Below, in pieces: positions 20,501 to 28,547 of a DNA stretch of 64,000 bases. Source of the DNA: a virus (lineage: Duplodnaviria; Caudoviricetes); IMG/VR virus record IMGVR_UViG_2974528942_000001, positions 11,381 through 75,380 of that record. One strand, 5' to 3'. Below the pieces are notes generated by a model that was not told where the DNA came from, did no database searches, and saw only the letters and a list, made by a program, of their open reading frames with translations. Both the position numbers and the translations under genes were made by a program. Position 1 is the first letter of the stretch; each line of letters opens with the position of its first letter.

Positions 20501-20668
20501 ACCGCAATGGGTCAAGGCCAGCGCTACCCGACCGCTCAGTCCACGAACGTTCAGGGTAACGCACCTATCAACATCTACGTCTACGGAGTTGAATTGCCGA
20601 ACATCACAGATGGCGACGACGCCTCCGAGTTCGTGGACCAGCTCAAGCTGTTGGCGGCGAACGAATGA
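11585..20668 (+). CDS. Tape measure protein with C-terminal peptidoglycan-hydrolase domains
   Basis: 3027 aa, Ala/Gly-rich amphipathic repeats, SLT motif (QSESGGNPNAIN...GLMQVI) and a His-motif peptidase-like segment. Confidence 0.95.
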   Translation: MLTTDMIIAIHARTAQAQRQLAQMQGQLKALERAGIDSTNSVGRSVNGLDRTSERARANSNKPWFSQMRASGSQIQWVGRQMSVGLTLPLIGAMAMGTKFALDFEKNMTRVSKVYGDSALQVSLGSKGMQEEVDALGRAFVELGNKYGQSAADVAEIGSSWAAAGSSGRALAKQTELTMQTMVLGEMTAAEATEALISIQAQWGVVTESNQDKIEAAGGAVRNRAKDEMSLTNILRQLNAVENETGAKMQDLVKGYQRASGTARSAGVETGELAAMIAALVPAAGGAAEAGTALRTMLNRVMTPMNDAKEVLAKMNIDVTKSDWVTKSATERLEVMAKAYPKLTGAQQQWLGFVIAGRWHVNRFMILMNAMGNANSYYGKTLKTLSDQARVTRIAEKELEAVLTSNPQRMKQAGAIIQNSLMKAMIPLVPMITQVALWFGKLANAFAEIPPHIRTTILAVALFLGVLGPLIIFLGMIKLSIGMLAPAFIAMAKFVLLPLKPFMMMFALVGKGLTALPIAAIGAARGMLLGFMFMIKSVAMVGAAVGMVAPIVSTALGMAATAIVAWAPTVAALPAMIALAVGKIALVIDALMALMRFRVTAGMAVITTLFAAGPIAWRTALAVSTGGIALVMDALMVLLRVRLVAWFAATKALFFAGPLAWAAAMRTGMAAVYAFMVAGLAAKLTATRVWAVASALIHKIHWATVVAIAKTGMIALVTNVRKLAPLLLKALASPWVLAIGAIVLVLTLFKDQVKAAITNVVDYFRNLPAGIKQGLAPIGRMFTAIKNGILKAFNALPEGIKNAMLAVINVVKAAAMAVYRLFSYLNPFAHHSPSLVENVTNGMAVVNDQFANSARVAESNINRIHSAIKSLQGAGAGMVTANDQAKDAEFRGNAAKAGGASALPQYDTLNRQVAESKRALESMNTAIEAQEDKVESVQKSIKRYDQTIKEMNKSLETTKSIQASVGDALDSAKARFDRYSNAQVAGYGAAEDAIFANELAQKRLQLQIKRMESAAGGVDSVTDSYAKLQGQIEMLQGKQAELRAGGAGSDILGPYDDMIGKLKSEQGALGSGNTGPGAAIAQLTTQLEALQRQAEIMDLEKALKFDSLNRSIEKFKSNTEELSYGEIMNGLDSSRNSVNALSLAYDSLGYQLKGQEYQIAQVEAARAAMQDQYDLENDKLSIMKESYDAVEESIRAGEQAMQDFSSAIDETIQRQEALERAQEAAKKKKKKGAGAGADDEYTAAMGFEDAGQADFAIPGSSNAIMREGGMGNQAGEIDAFTDNLQKSIEESLGGMNPFAPVMAAWDRIKQWFSQNVSPVGKTVGAMFAGIGKSIQAGFNGGEPAVDALTRAFAEGRMGVEEYRKRLGELGADTSTQGILARLKEGVQEKDNVFYKIGQWVQQAWEKIEGFGKLAGDFLGKLFGPDLKATLTIIKDGLYEIWTKASGPLNELKDSLGPFLKMVGELAVIVGGALLMAFEVVWEMLNGALGPAFSFIADLIGGLILVITGIVKVITGAFNIVLGTVKLIFSIFKGVFTFIKGLFSGDIDMSGFEGVGAALKQIFVDGIGTALGGLWTIVKGIWDSIVSLFKNAAKIVWNVVYGFVKGIIDFFKTLWDVLVGHSIVPDTINSIIDWFKELPGKLPGIVWGVITKVIGFFLKLPLMIGKALLTLGGFLFNAFITAMAWLLPKLPGMIWNVIKFFATLPFKIIAALAGFGMKLLGWIGQAIAWLVPQLPGIIWNLITFFATLPFKILGALGGLGLKLLGWIWDAISWLVPQLPGAIWNIIKFFATLPFKIIGALIGFGGQLFEWAKNAFIWLAQRLPGIVQGVIDFAKEIPGNFIRGLGVIGRFLWEWMKKGWDFLVNELPGIVAGFLKWIAGIPGMLLGKLGDGAKVLYNYGKDMIQGLMNGTAGLLKKLGDWFLDKIPGWIKTPFKKALGIASPSKVFAGYGQNIGEGLILGIDSMQRQVEQASVGIAAAADKGEVAGMAISAVADTSSVGGSVSELGSAVAATGPVGVDAAMAPTADVAALQADLDAAKAVFDAFAAEMESKTAVFAATISASFGAMSSGAAASLNNISTVGVSSFTALQTSVVTIVTTMVTTVNGQLQMLISYVTAFGTSFTAAWNAAWTAWMSQTTTSVDHTVNEWTRMATGMQSTLDNSIRPMFDEMKLMLTELEEAYTSTVNNVGTTWDGIKEKTAAPARFVINDVYNTGLRGAWNKFNEMLGIEALPEYTAKFREGGPVWGPGTGTSDSINAKLSRGEHVITAAEVRAAGGHAAVEAQRRYWRSGGGYDGAIQAFRNGGAVEGKARSNLPLKKANSNAYITTPMQQAMWDAVSTAFPNVALHSGTRTFETGAGFDNHMQGRALDLSPIPEVAKWIYEMNKKQPVLELIFWPLSMHPTNLHSGAPLDYGAATNAQHMDHVHWAMNSMVDNEGKVVSMVGPGDAINPVNYVKLIEDAFKEFKKTALEADPKFKGGIGQWPSKSVDHGMKAVDYLRPFAEKLQTNYSSGNQGNIPYNLTAGVEQWRDLAKKMLIMQGESVTYVDRLLMQMQSESGGNPNAINLWDSNAAKGTPSKGLMQVIDPTFQANRDPRLPNNVWDPAANIAASIRYTRGRYGSLSAWSGVGYDSGGILPPGFTLANNQTGGPEAILTDAQWSAMYTAAANSNQLEPEDVQHAMEMANKNTGNTADKQAAAIIKGMDVWQRAWTPEVFDATDKVADAADKVAASTETQAAGTVLLSKSIGKYNDEIAALSKLLNAVSTAAMASTKVTITYDQQGNQQSVNNPNQKVDKNGKPIFTVDQPTFSTWAPVFDALAGFLETMPYAERDWAADNPVPGESQTQRKLREAQNMLVNFGKGSYNVLKEVGPPLLRHTGIIGSAVEKLIQEDGTAWTTAIGMIATGNQAGWAIIVPLALKAVGTLLPLILAAILDIVPALIRAIVRFLTQFMPDSVYAYADMAAAEAAVQNQQDTGETAMGQGQRYPTAQSTNVQGNAPINIYVYGVELPNITDGDDASEFVDQLKLLAANE

Positions 20669-23229
20669 GCAGGGTGATACACCGCCCGAATCAGGCGGTC
20701 GACTACGGAACAGTCAACACGACTGGTCAGGGCAACGTCCTCGGAGACGGGAATAACAACACCTACAAGGACTATTACGAGGACTCGGGCAGCATCATGC
20801 TGTACCCGACCTTCGACCCGGCGCTCGTACCCGATGGTCGCGAGATCATCGCGGTACGAGCGGCCCACGTCCAGCGGAACGGCGGTCTTGTCGGACTGCA
20901 TAACGGCTGGGTCATGGGGTACCTGCGCGTGGACAATGCGCGAGTACTCAAGTCCAAGGCGTACAAGCAAGACGGGTACGCGATCGGCGCTCGAACCATC
21001 GAGGGTGAGCCGATCTACAAAGGTGTCGATGTTCCCTGGGATGCAGCCGACATCAACCGGATGACCACTGACATCGGAGCAGCAACAGGTACGATCGCCC
21101 CGAACAAGCGGAACTTCTGGTGCATCGGCGCAGAGTCTTACATCATCGTTGTGATCGACGATGATGTGCCAGTGCCGACCATCTCGTACCCTGCCAACAA
21201 TCAGGTGATCGACACTTCGTCGGTAGATTTCCAGGCTGTAGCAGTACCCAGCCAGCCGGAGCAGCCGGTCGCGGCCGTGTTCCAAGTGTCGCGTGTGAAC
21301 ACCTTCGATGACGACACTGTCGATACGTTCGTCGGTGGACTCAACGCCAGCATGACCGCGGGCAGCAAGAGCATCTACGACTCAGTCATCGGCAAGGACT
21401 CCTACACTAACCTCGGCCCGGGCAAGTGGTACGCCCGAGTCAAGGGCATGGACTACCGAGAGGTTCAGTCTGACTGGGGTCCGGTCACCTCGTTCACCAT
21501 CACGCACACCGCACTGCTCACGCCTACGCTGTTCAACCCGGCGAGCGGTTCAACCAAGGCGACGCCCTACGGACTGCGTCAGGCGAGCTTCGCAACCAAC
21601 CCGACTGGCGAGCGCTACGTCGGAGCCCAGTGGCAGTTCTGTCAGAACAACGACTTCGCTACTGGACCCGTGGTCTCGTGGACAAACAACAAGGAAGGTC
21701 GGTACAACCTTGGCCTCGTTGGCTACACGTCTGATCCCGACCCGACTATCGAGCCTGGCCTCAACGGTTCGAAGGTTTCCACAGACGATCCAGACCAGTA
21801 CCTCAAGCAGGGCACCTGGTTTGGACGAGTACGTGCTGTGGATGTCTGGGGACAAACCGGCCCCTGGTCCGCATCTCATTCCTTCACCGTCAGTCATCCT
21901 CCGACTGTCCAAGATGTGTGGCCGAGTGGCGGCAAAGCCTTTGACGACGACGCTTTCCCTGTGCGATGGAAGTTCGGTGACGCCTGGGTCGGTGATGCAC
22001 AGACTGCATTCCAGGTTATTGTACGAGATGGCTCTAACAATGTCATCCACGACACCGACAAAGTCTCCAGCGGATTCAACACTCGCAAGGTAGTCATCCC
22101 CGACACCTTCCTGGAGCAGACGCTGAACCTGGCGATCAAGCTGTGGGACAAGGATGACGTCGAGTCCCCGTGGTGGACGGGAACCTTCCGGCTTGCCAAG
22201 GCCCCTGTCATCACGCTGAACTACCCGGCGCCGGACGAGGTGGTCATCACAGGCCAGCCCATCCTCTCCTGGTCGAGTGTGTTCTCCTCGGGGGCAACCC
22301 AGAAGTCCTACCACATCGCCTTCATCAACCGCGCCACCAAGACGGTCGAGTACAAGACGTCCATTGTTGCATCAGCTGCGACGACCTGGAATGCTCCGAC
22401 TGTGGTGCTGAAGAACCTGCAGAACTATCAGCTGGCACTCACGATCACGGACACCAACGATCTGTACACCACGCTGCTACGGAACTTCAGCACAGACTAC
22501 GTGCGCCCGCCGACCATCCAGTGTGAGGCGTTCGTCAACACGTACGAAGATGAAGGCTACATCGACATCATGTGGCCTGACGTGTTGGTCGATCCGCTGT
22601 TCGTGGAGTACCGGCTCTATCGCAAGCGCGTGGACATCGACTTCCAGGACTGGGAACAGATCGGCACAGTCACTGATCCGAACGTGTTCGAGTTCCACGA
22701 CTGGTCCACCAGTGGCGAGGCGGTCTACAAGTTCGGCATCACGCAGGTGGTCATGCTCTACGGAGCGCTTGTCGAATCACTGCCGGACGAGAACGGCGCA
22801 CACCTTGCGGTGCGGGGTAGCCACTACTGGCTCATCATCCCGGACCACGAAGAACTCAACACCAAGGTGTACAACGTCACCGGAGACAAGTCCACACGCA
22901 GGGTGGAGATGAGCCAGCACGTCATCATCGAGGGCGGCGGCTCTCGGGTGAACTACGGCAAGCCCATCGGCATCGAGGGTTCGATGACCGCACAGATTCG
23001 CGGCGGGTCGCTGTACAGTGCGCGCGAGTTCAGCCTTCGCCTGGAGCGCATTCAGTTTGAGCGAGGCTACTGCTTCCTGCGTGACCCGTTCGGCAACTAC
23101 ACTCGCATTGCGCTTGGAGAGATCGGCGAGAGCAGGGTTCCCGGTGTCGGAACAAACGAGTACAAGGACTTGGAGATCCCATACATTCAGGTGGCAGCAC
23201 CACCTGACGAGGGAGGGTACGCAGGATAA
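20665..23229 (+). CDS. Minor tail protein (Ig/FN3-like repeats, Dit-like C-terminus)
   Basis: 854 aa directly after the tape measure; repeated W.GRVRA.D..G..GPWS patterns. Confidence 0.75.
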   Translation: MSRVIHRPNQAVDYGTVNTTGQGNVLGDGNNNTYKDYYEDSGSIMLYPTFDPALVPDGREIIAVRAAHVQRNGGLVGLHNGWVMGYLRVDNARVLKSKAYKQDGYAIGARTIEGEPIYKGVDVPWDAADINRMTTDIGAATGTIAPNKRNFWCIGAESYIIVVIDDDVPVPTISYPANNQVIDTSSVDFQAVAVPSQPEQPVAAVFQVSRVNTFDDDTVDTFVGGLNASMTAGSKSIYDSVIGKDSYTNLGPGKWYARVKGMDYREVQSDWGPVTSFTITHTALLTPTLFNPASGSTKATPYGLRQASFATNPTGERYVGAQWQFCQNNDFATGPVVSWTNNKEGRYNLGLVGYTSDPDPTIEPGLNGSKVSTDDPDQYLKQGTWFGRVRAVDVWGQTGPWSASHSFTVSHPPTVQDVWPSGGKAFDDDAFPVRWKFGDAWVGDAQTAFQVIVRDGSNNVIHDTDKVSSGFNTRKVVIPDTFLEQTLNLAIKLWDKDDVESPWWTGTFRLAKAPVITLNYPAPDEVVITGQPILSWSSVFSSGATQKSYHIAFINRATKTVEYKTSIVASAATTWNAPTVVLKNLQNYQLALTITDTNDLYTTLLRNFSTDYVRPPTIQCEAFVNTYEDEGYIDIMWPDVLVDPLFVEYRLYRKRVDIDFQDWEQIGTVTDPNVFEFHDWSTSGEAVYKFGITQVVMLYGALVESLPDENGAHLAVRGSHYWLIIPDHEELNTKVYNVTGDKSTRRVEMSQHVIIEGGGSRVNYGKPIGIEGSMTAQIRGGSLYSAREFSLRLERIQFERGYCFLRDPFGNYTRIALGEIGESRVPGVGTNEYKDLEIPYIQVAAPPDEGGYAG

Positions 23230-25487
23230 TGGCGAACACTCCACCGCTCCATATCCAGCGCGCGTTCCTCCAGCCGGTCGTCCGAGTCAACCGCCGTCTC
23301 GAGATCTACGAGCAGGACGGCAAGACTCCGTGGCGACGAGACCTATGGACCTCCCTCCTGGTCGGAGGCTCCGTGTCCGTGGACTACGAGCGAGACGAAC
23401 GCAGGTCTATCGACCTGGAGCTTGACAACTCCTATGGTGACCTGAACCCCGAGGCCGGCGGTCTGTGGTACGACAAGGTTTTCAAGCTGTACTACGGCAT
23501 CGACATCGGAGCAACCGAGCGTGGAGTCCGGGTCGCCATCGTCGAGCAGTATCAGGCTGATGGTCAGGCGTTCGCACTCAAGCAGGCACTGTCTCGTGGC
23601 GGGGTCACCGAGGTTCACTATCTGCCTTCGGTGACCACCTACGAGCAGATCCAAGAGTACGACGTACTCGTTTCCATCTCCGGTACGTCTACCCAGAAGG
23701 CAGCCTTCCTGACTCAGTGCTACAACCGAGGCAAGTCAGTCATCACATTCACGATGGATCAGACCGCCGCTTCATTGCCGTTGGTCGTCGGGAACGCGGG
23801 CGGCGCGCCGGTCATTGACGGGGCCACACGCCGCTATGCTGCGGTTGCGGGGGCATCCGACCTATCCGTCGGGTGGGACGAATGGAGTACGAGGGAGTTC
23901 CCTCAATCGCAGAACTTGGTGACGTGGGGCGGCCAGGGATTCGAGGACTTTCCGCTAGGATTCCCCGGAGCTGGTCACTCGACTGGTACGATTATTCAGG
24001 TCTCTGAGGGTTCGAGTGGTGCCCCCACGAAGGTGTACAACACCCCTAGCGCTGGGGCGTTCGTCTCTAGTCCGGCTTTGTTCACTGCCAACGTGACTGC
24101 AGGTGAGGTGTACTACTTTGAGACCTGGGTTCGCAAGACCACTACAGGGGTGACGGGTCGAGTCGCTCTGGTCAGGCGTACAACAGAAGCTGGACTTGCG
24201 AATCCTAACTATTCGCAGATCTTCCTGAACATGAGCGACATGGTTCAGAATCAGTGGCACAAGATGTCTGGCCTACTCACTATTGGTTCAGGCAAGACTC
24301 TTCTGAATCCATACGTTCAAGTTGGCAGTGACATTCCTGCCGGAGATGTTATCCAGTGGGACGAAGTCTACGTCAAAAAGGTTCTGCCCCAAGACTACTA
24401 CCGCAAGGTACTCGCACCGGCGACCGGGGCGCAGACCATCGCAGCCATCAACGATACTCAAGGAGAGTCGGTTGGAGCAATCGCACGAGACGACGGAGAT
24501 CGACGCTGGGTCCATGTCGTCCAATCAAACTTTGAAGAAGATAACTTTGTCGATCCAGAGGACTATGACTCGTTTGCGGGATTCGTTTCGCGAGCTGTTC
24601 AATGGTCTTCGACATACGATTCAGCAGATACATGGGAAATGCAGATCGGTGAGTATCTCGCGGATGCCATCTCCGATGGAGGTTCCTACTCTACGATACG
24701 CATTACAGGCCGCGACCTCACCAAGCTGGCCATCAACTCAAAGCTGGCATCCTCGACAACCTTCTCCAAGAGCACTTCCATCGAGGCGATTGTAAAGGCA
24801 CTCGCCTCGAACGCGGGCATCACAAAGCACAAGATCCCCGTGACCAAGAAGGTGCTCGACAAGGACACCACCTGGGAACGCGGAACGTCTCGGTGGGAGA
24901 TCATCAAGGAAGTCTGCAACACCAACAACCACGAGGTCTTCATGGATCACGAGGGGTACTTGGTGGTGCGGGAGTACCTCGATCCCCTTCTCTCGCCGAC
25001 GAGTCTGTCGCTGTCCGGCGGCGTCGGGGGTAACCTCATATCACGCGGTGCCCGGACATCTGACTCCAAGCTGATCAATCACATCGTGGTGGTCGGCGAG
25101 AGCTCTGACTCCAACGTCCCACCCTCGTACGCCGAGGCGATCAACAACGATCCGAAGTCTCCGACAAGTATCCAGGAGCTAGGCGACAGGGTCGAGGTCA
25201 TCACCTCCGCACTCGTCACCACGGTATCCAAGGCTCAGGAGCTAGCAAACTCGTTGCTCGCGGTGTCGGCACTCGAGGAGTTCGAGCTGTCCTTCGAGTC
25301 CACCCTCCTCCCCTGGGTGGAGCCCGGTGAGATCATTGACATGTCAAAGTCTGATAGCAGGTACTGGGGACCAGATAGGTACCTGCTCACAAGCCTCACG
25401 CTACCGCTGGACCTGAGTCCTATGAGCGGCAATGGAAAGCGAATCGAAAAGGTGGGGGTGAATGATGAGCCAGAGACAGCTGAGTGA
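23229..25487 (+). CDS. Minor tail/baseplate hub protein with inserted carbohydrate-binding-like module
   Basis: Hub-like N- and C-termini; internal jelly-roll-like segment (NLV...FED...YYFETWVR...QWHK...QWDEVYV). Confidence 0.7.
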   Translation: MANTPPLHIQRAFLQPVVRVNRRLEIYEQDGKTPWRRDLWTSLLVGGSVSVDYERDERRSIDLELDNSYGDLNPEAGGLWYDKVFKLYYGIDIGATERGVRVAIVEQYQADGQAFALKQALSRGGVTEVHYLPSVTTYEQIQEYDVLVSISGTSTQKAAFLTQCYNRGKSVITFTMDQTAASLPLVVGNAGGAPVIDGATRRYAAVAGASDLSVGWDEWSTREFPQSQNLVTWGGQGFEDFPLGFPGAGHSTGTIIQVSEGSSGAPTKVYNTPSAGAFVSSPALFTANVTAGEVYYFETWVRKTTTGVTGRVALVRRTTEAGLANPNYSQIFLNMSDMVQNQWHKMSGLLTIGSGKTLLNPYVQVGSDIPAGDVIQWDEVYVKKVLPQDYYRKVLAPATGAQTIAAINDTQGESVGAIARDDGDRRWVHVVQSNFEEDNFVDPEDYDSFAGFVSRAVQWSSTYDSADTWEMQIGEYLADAISDGGSYSTIRITGRDLTKLAINSKLASSTTFSKSTSIEAIVKALASNAGITKHKIPVTKKVLDKDTTWERGTSRWEIIKEVCNTNNHEVFMDHEGYLVVREYLDPLLSPTSLSLSGGVGGNLISRGARTSDSKLINHIVVVGESSDSNVPPSYAEAINNDPKSPTSIQELGDRVEVITSALVTTVSKAQELANSLLAVSALEEFELSFESTLLPWVEPGEIIDMSKSDSRYWGPDRYLLTSLTLPLDLSPMSGNGKRIEKVGVNDEPETAE

Positions 25488-27426
25488 GTACGCGGTAACA
25501 GCTGCAGTCCGGGACGTCATCAAGACCATAGCGCGGAACGAGATTCAGAAGGCTCGTCCGGCCAGTCGGTTGGCGGCTGTTCAGTCGATTGACCCTGTCG
25601 ATCGCTCTGCGCAGGTGATCTTCGTTGGCGAGACCCAGCCCGTTCGTGTGCCCTACACCAGCAAGGCCCCCGCATTCACTGGGCAGTTCGTGCGAATCGG
25701 TGGCACGACTCACGATCGCTACATTGAAGATGTCATTGGTCAGGACTTCACATCACTGGAGTTGGAGAAGACCAAGGAGTCCGTCGGTAAGCTGATGGAG
25801 GCTGCCTATGGCGAGGGGTGGTTCGAGGCCGACCCCGAAGAACTCGGCATCACCATCGGCGAGTACCTGACATCGCTTGACAATCAGGGTGCTGTCGATG
25901 CGCTGGCGCAGACGGTCCAAGAAGTCGAGACCACAGCCAACAACGCCAACACTGCGGCCAACAACGCCAACACCACAGCAGGGCAGGCGCAGTCCACTGC
26001 CGACGCGGCGCAGCAGACAGCCAATGACGCGAACGCTGCGGTCGGCGGCGCGGTCTCGGCCGCCGAGGATGCTGAGGAGAAGGCCAACCTCGTTGAGCAG
26101 ATCACAGCACAGATCACCAATAACATCAACGCTCTTGGTCAGGGCGTTGCCGATGGTGTGTCGGGTGTTGCTGAGATCTTCGAAACCATCGGTCACATCT
26201 TTGGCACAGCCAGCGAGGCGCAGGAGCGTGCGCTCGCTGCCACCACTGCACTGCGTGACCTGATCAATCAGAACGAGGCCGGGGCGGCGGGCGGCAAGAG
26301 TGGTGGCGACAACTTCGAGCGCGTAGACAGTGCTGACCTAGGTCCGAACTGGGTACACGAAGTCACTGGCTCGAGCTACTGGGCAGTCAACGGTGGCAAA
26401 GCTGTCATGGGCTTTGGGTCGGGTAGCTCGTTGGCGCACGAGCGCTGGAACGGGGCCGACAAGCCGGTCGGAGATTATCACCAGGCCACGCTTGTCTTTG
26501 GTAGTGGATACGACGCCTTCGGTAGCCCACTCATCTATCTCTACATCAGGTGGGATGGGCTGTACACTGGATCGGGTACGAACCGAATCCCGCTCAACTG
26601 CTGGGCTGTACGGATCGCTCGCAGTGGTGAGCTCACCCTGCTACGCATTGTCAACGGAGCGATGACAGAAGTCAACTCCATTGATTCTGGTCCGAACATT
26701 GGTTCTGGTACGGTCGTGTCGATCCGGTGCGGGTCTTTGGCAGATGAGCGGCAGATCATCGTCACCCGAGATGGCGAAGCAATCATCTCGCACACCGACA
26801 CTGCCAATCTTTCGCAGATGGGTCCGGGCTTCCGCGAGATGGGATTCGCCGGATACGTCGATGACTGGTTCGGCATTCGCAGGCCACCCGCCAATATCGC
26901 CTCCTTCTCCTGGTCGGACATTCCGGGAGGTGGGGCAATACTTGGTAAAGGCTTCAGGTTCAGTCGAACCAATACCGCAAACCTAACTCAAGTTGCTAAC
27001 GCACAGCTCCCTACCACAACCTTTCAAGCTCTTGTCTATAGCGAGTCTTGTAAACCTATTGCAGGTTCCACCCTTAATGCAGCTCGTGGGGAGTTCGCCA
27101 TACCGTTCGAAGGTTGGTGGGACTTCGAGTTTGGCTTTTACGGCTATACGGTGAGCCTTTCGTCTGGTGCATCTACAGTGCTAGAGCCTGTTCTGTACAA
27201 TGGACAAGGTGCACTGTCTACCACAATCCCCCTGCGCATGTCAAAGATCACCAATGCGGGAAGTACTGCGGGACGAACTCAGATACAAGAAGTTGCCAAG
27301 TTCAGGAAGTACTGCCTAGTCGGCGAGCGCGTTGCTCCGGGCTGGGCTGCCACACGTCTTGATTATATGACTGCAGATGCTGCGGGAAATACTTGCTATT
27401 TCAACGGAGTACTGCTCACACCATAG
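25462..27426 (+). CDS. Minor tail protein/tail fibre (putative receptor binding)
   Basis: Ala/Asn/Thr coiled coil followed by beta-rich domains; AT-richer C-terminal tip. Confidence 0.7.
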   Translation: MMSQRQLSEYAVTAAVRDVIKTIARNEIQKARPASRLAAVQSIDPVDRSAQVIFVGETQPVRVPYTSKAPAFTGQFVRIGGTTHDRYIEDVIGQDFTSLELEKTKESVGKLMEAAYGEGWFEADPEELGITIGEYLTSLDNQGAVDALAQTVQEVETTANNANTAANNANTTAGQAQSTADAAQQTANDANAAVGGAVSAAEDAEEKANLVEQITAQITNNINALGQGVADGVSGVAEIFETIGHIFGTASEAQERALAATTALRDLINQNEAGAAGGKSGGDNFERVDSADLGPNWVHEVTGSSYWAVNGGKAVMGFGSGSSLAHERWNGADKPVGDYHQATLVFGSGYDAFGSPLIYLYIRWDGLYTGSGTNRIPLNCWAVRIARSGELTLLRIVNGAMTEVNSIDSGPNIGSGTVVSIRCGSLADERQIIVTRDGEAIISHTDTANLSQMGPGFREMGFAGYVDDWFGIRRPPANIASFSWSDIPGGGAILGKGFRFSRTNTANLTQVANAQLPTTTFQALVYSESCKPIAGSTLNAARGEFAIPFEGWWDFEFGFYGYTVSLSSGASTVLEPVLYNGQGALSTTIPLRMSKITNAGSTAGRTQIQEVAKFRKYCLVGERVAPGWAATRLDYMTADAAGNTCYFNGVLLTP

Positions 27427-27435
27427 GAGGCACAT

Positions 27436-27654
27436 ATGGAACAGAAGACCGTACAGTTCGACGAGTTGCCGGGCGTATTCACCCGGCTGACACGCGGAGG
27501 TGATGATCAGTTCGGGCCGAACTGGATCACCTACGAGTGCTTCGACTCGAACATGAATCCGATCCCCGGGACAAGGGGCGGATTCAGGGGGCCGGGCGTG
27601 CCGGTGCCTGAGTCTGAATCTGAGGAAACCGAGGACCAGCCCGCTCAACCATAG
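27436..27654 (+). CDS. Hypothetical protein (72 aa)
   Basis: GGAGG RBS. Confidence 0.7.
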   Translation: MEQKTVQFDELPGVFTRLTRGGDDQFGPNWITYECFDSNMNPIPGTRGGFRGPGVPVPESESEETEDQPAQP

Positions 27655-27699
27655 TCCTATGCTTGACGAAGGACTAAGCACGAGCTAGCATGGCACCAT
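27652..27699 (+). promoter_or_regulatory. Lysis cassette promoter TTGACG-17-TAGCAT with flanking inverted repeat and operator-like box
   Basis: -35 at 27663-27668, -10 at 27686-27691; TAGTCCT/AGGACTA flank the -35; ATGGCACCAT at 27690-27699. Confidence 0.7.
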
Positions 27700-27717
27700 C
27701 TCAATAGGAGGCAACCA

Positions 27718-28152
27718 ATGACTGTACCCACCCCAGCGGTGCTACCACCCAACGTCTTGAATATCAGGTCGTTCAACGACTTCATCGCAATGCTCTACGC
27801 ACTGCTCCCGCCGCTGTCGCTGATCCTCATCAGCTATGGCACCTTCACCCAGGAACACGTCACCCTCTGGATCGGTGCGGCGTCGACGATCCTGCAGCTG
27901 ATCCTGCAGTTCGCACGCACACAGGACTTCGCGCGACGGGTGATCTACACCATCTTGAATCTCGCGGTCTCCGTACTCGTTGTTCTCAAGGGACTCGATC
28001 CCGACTTCCTCGATGTGTGGATGCCGTTGCTCGTCCTCATCCTGGGCGCACCACCCGCCGCGTTTGCAGTACAGAACGTCAACACCACCGGAGACAACGT
28101 CGTGCCGATCGACCGGGGCGTTCCGCCCGAAGGCGATCAGCGCGCCGCGTAG
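27718..28152 (+). CDS. Holin-like membrane protein
   Basis: 144 aa with about 4 hydrophobic helices and a charged C-terminus; first gene of the lysis cassette. Confidence 0.65.
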   Translation: MTVPTPAVLPPNVLNIRSFNDFIAMLYALLPPLSLILISYGTFTQEHVTLWIGAASTILQLILQFARTQDFARRVIYTILNLAVSVLVVLKGLDPDFLDVWMPLLVLILGAPPAAFAVQNVNTTGDNVVPIDRGVPPEGDQRAA

Positions 28153-28158
28153 TAAGCC

Positions 28159-28199
28159 CCCGCTGCCCAGGTACTGACCCCCCGGCCCTGGGCAGCGGG
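28159..28199 (+). terminator. 13-bp perfect hairpin after the holin gene
   Basis: CCCGCTGCCCAGG / CCTGGGCAGCGGG; no U-tract. Confidence 0.5.
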
Positions 28200-28217
28200 A
28201 CCCCTCAGGAGGCACCA

Positions 28218-28547
28218 ATGACCATCGGTTACCACAGGAACAACTATCGAGCCGACGCGCTCGAGTCGACCATCGAGCATGTGAAGTGTCACATCGCTTC
28301 GATCGCCGATCCTGATGACGACCCCACAACCTTCCACGATCAAGTCAACATCGAGCTGTCACAGAATGAGGATGGCTCGACCAGGGTGTACGGAACGCTC
28401 GAGCGTGACCCGGCGTGCGACTACTCGCTGCCCGAGGACTACACCCCGCCGCCGGACAGTGAGTACCAGCGCGGCTTCGGCGAGCGTCTCATGAACTCGC
28501 CCCAAGAACTTCACGATCACCTCATGCAGAAGGAGACCTTCGAATGA
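28218..28547 (+). CDS. Hypothetical acidic protein in the lysis cassette (109 aa)
   Basis: AGGAGG RBS before ATG 28218; ATGA overlap with the amidase gene. Confidence 0.7.
   Translation: MTIGYHRNNYRADALESTIEHVKCHIASIADPDDDPTTFHDQVNIELSQNEDGSTRVYGTLERDPACDYSLPEDYTPPPDSEYQRGFGERLMNSPQELHDHLMQKETFE

Noticed and set aside
23229-27426. Diversity-generating retroelement acting on tail tips
   Set aside because: No reverse transcriptase and no template/variable repeat pair seen.
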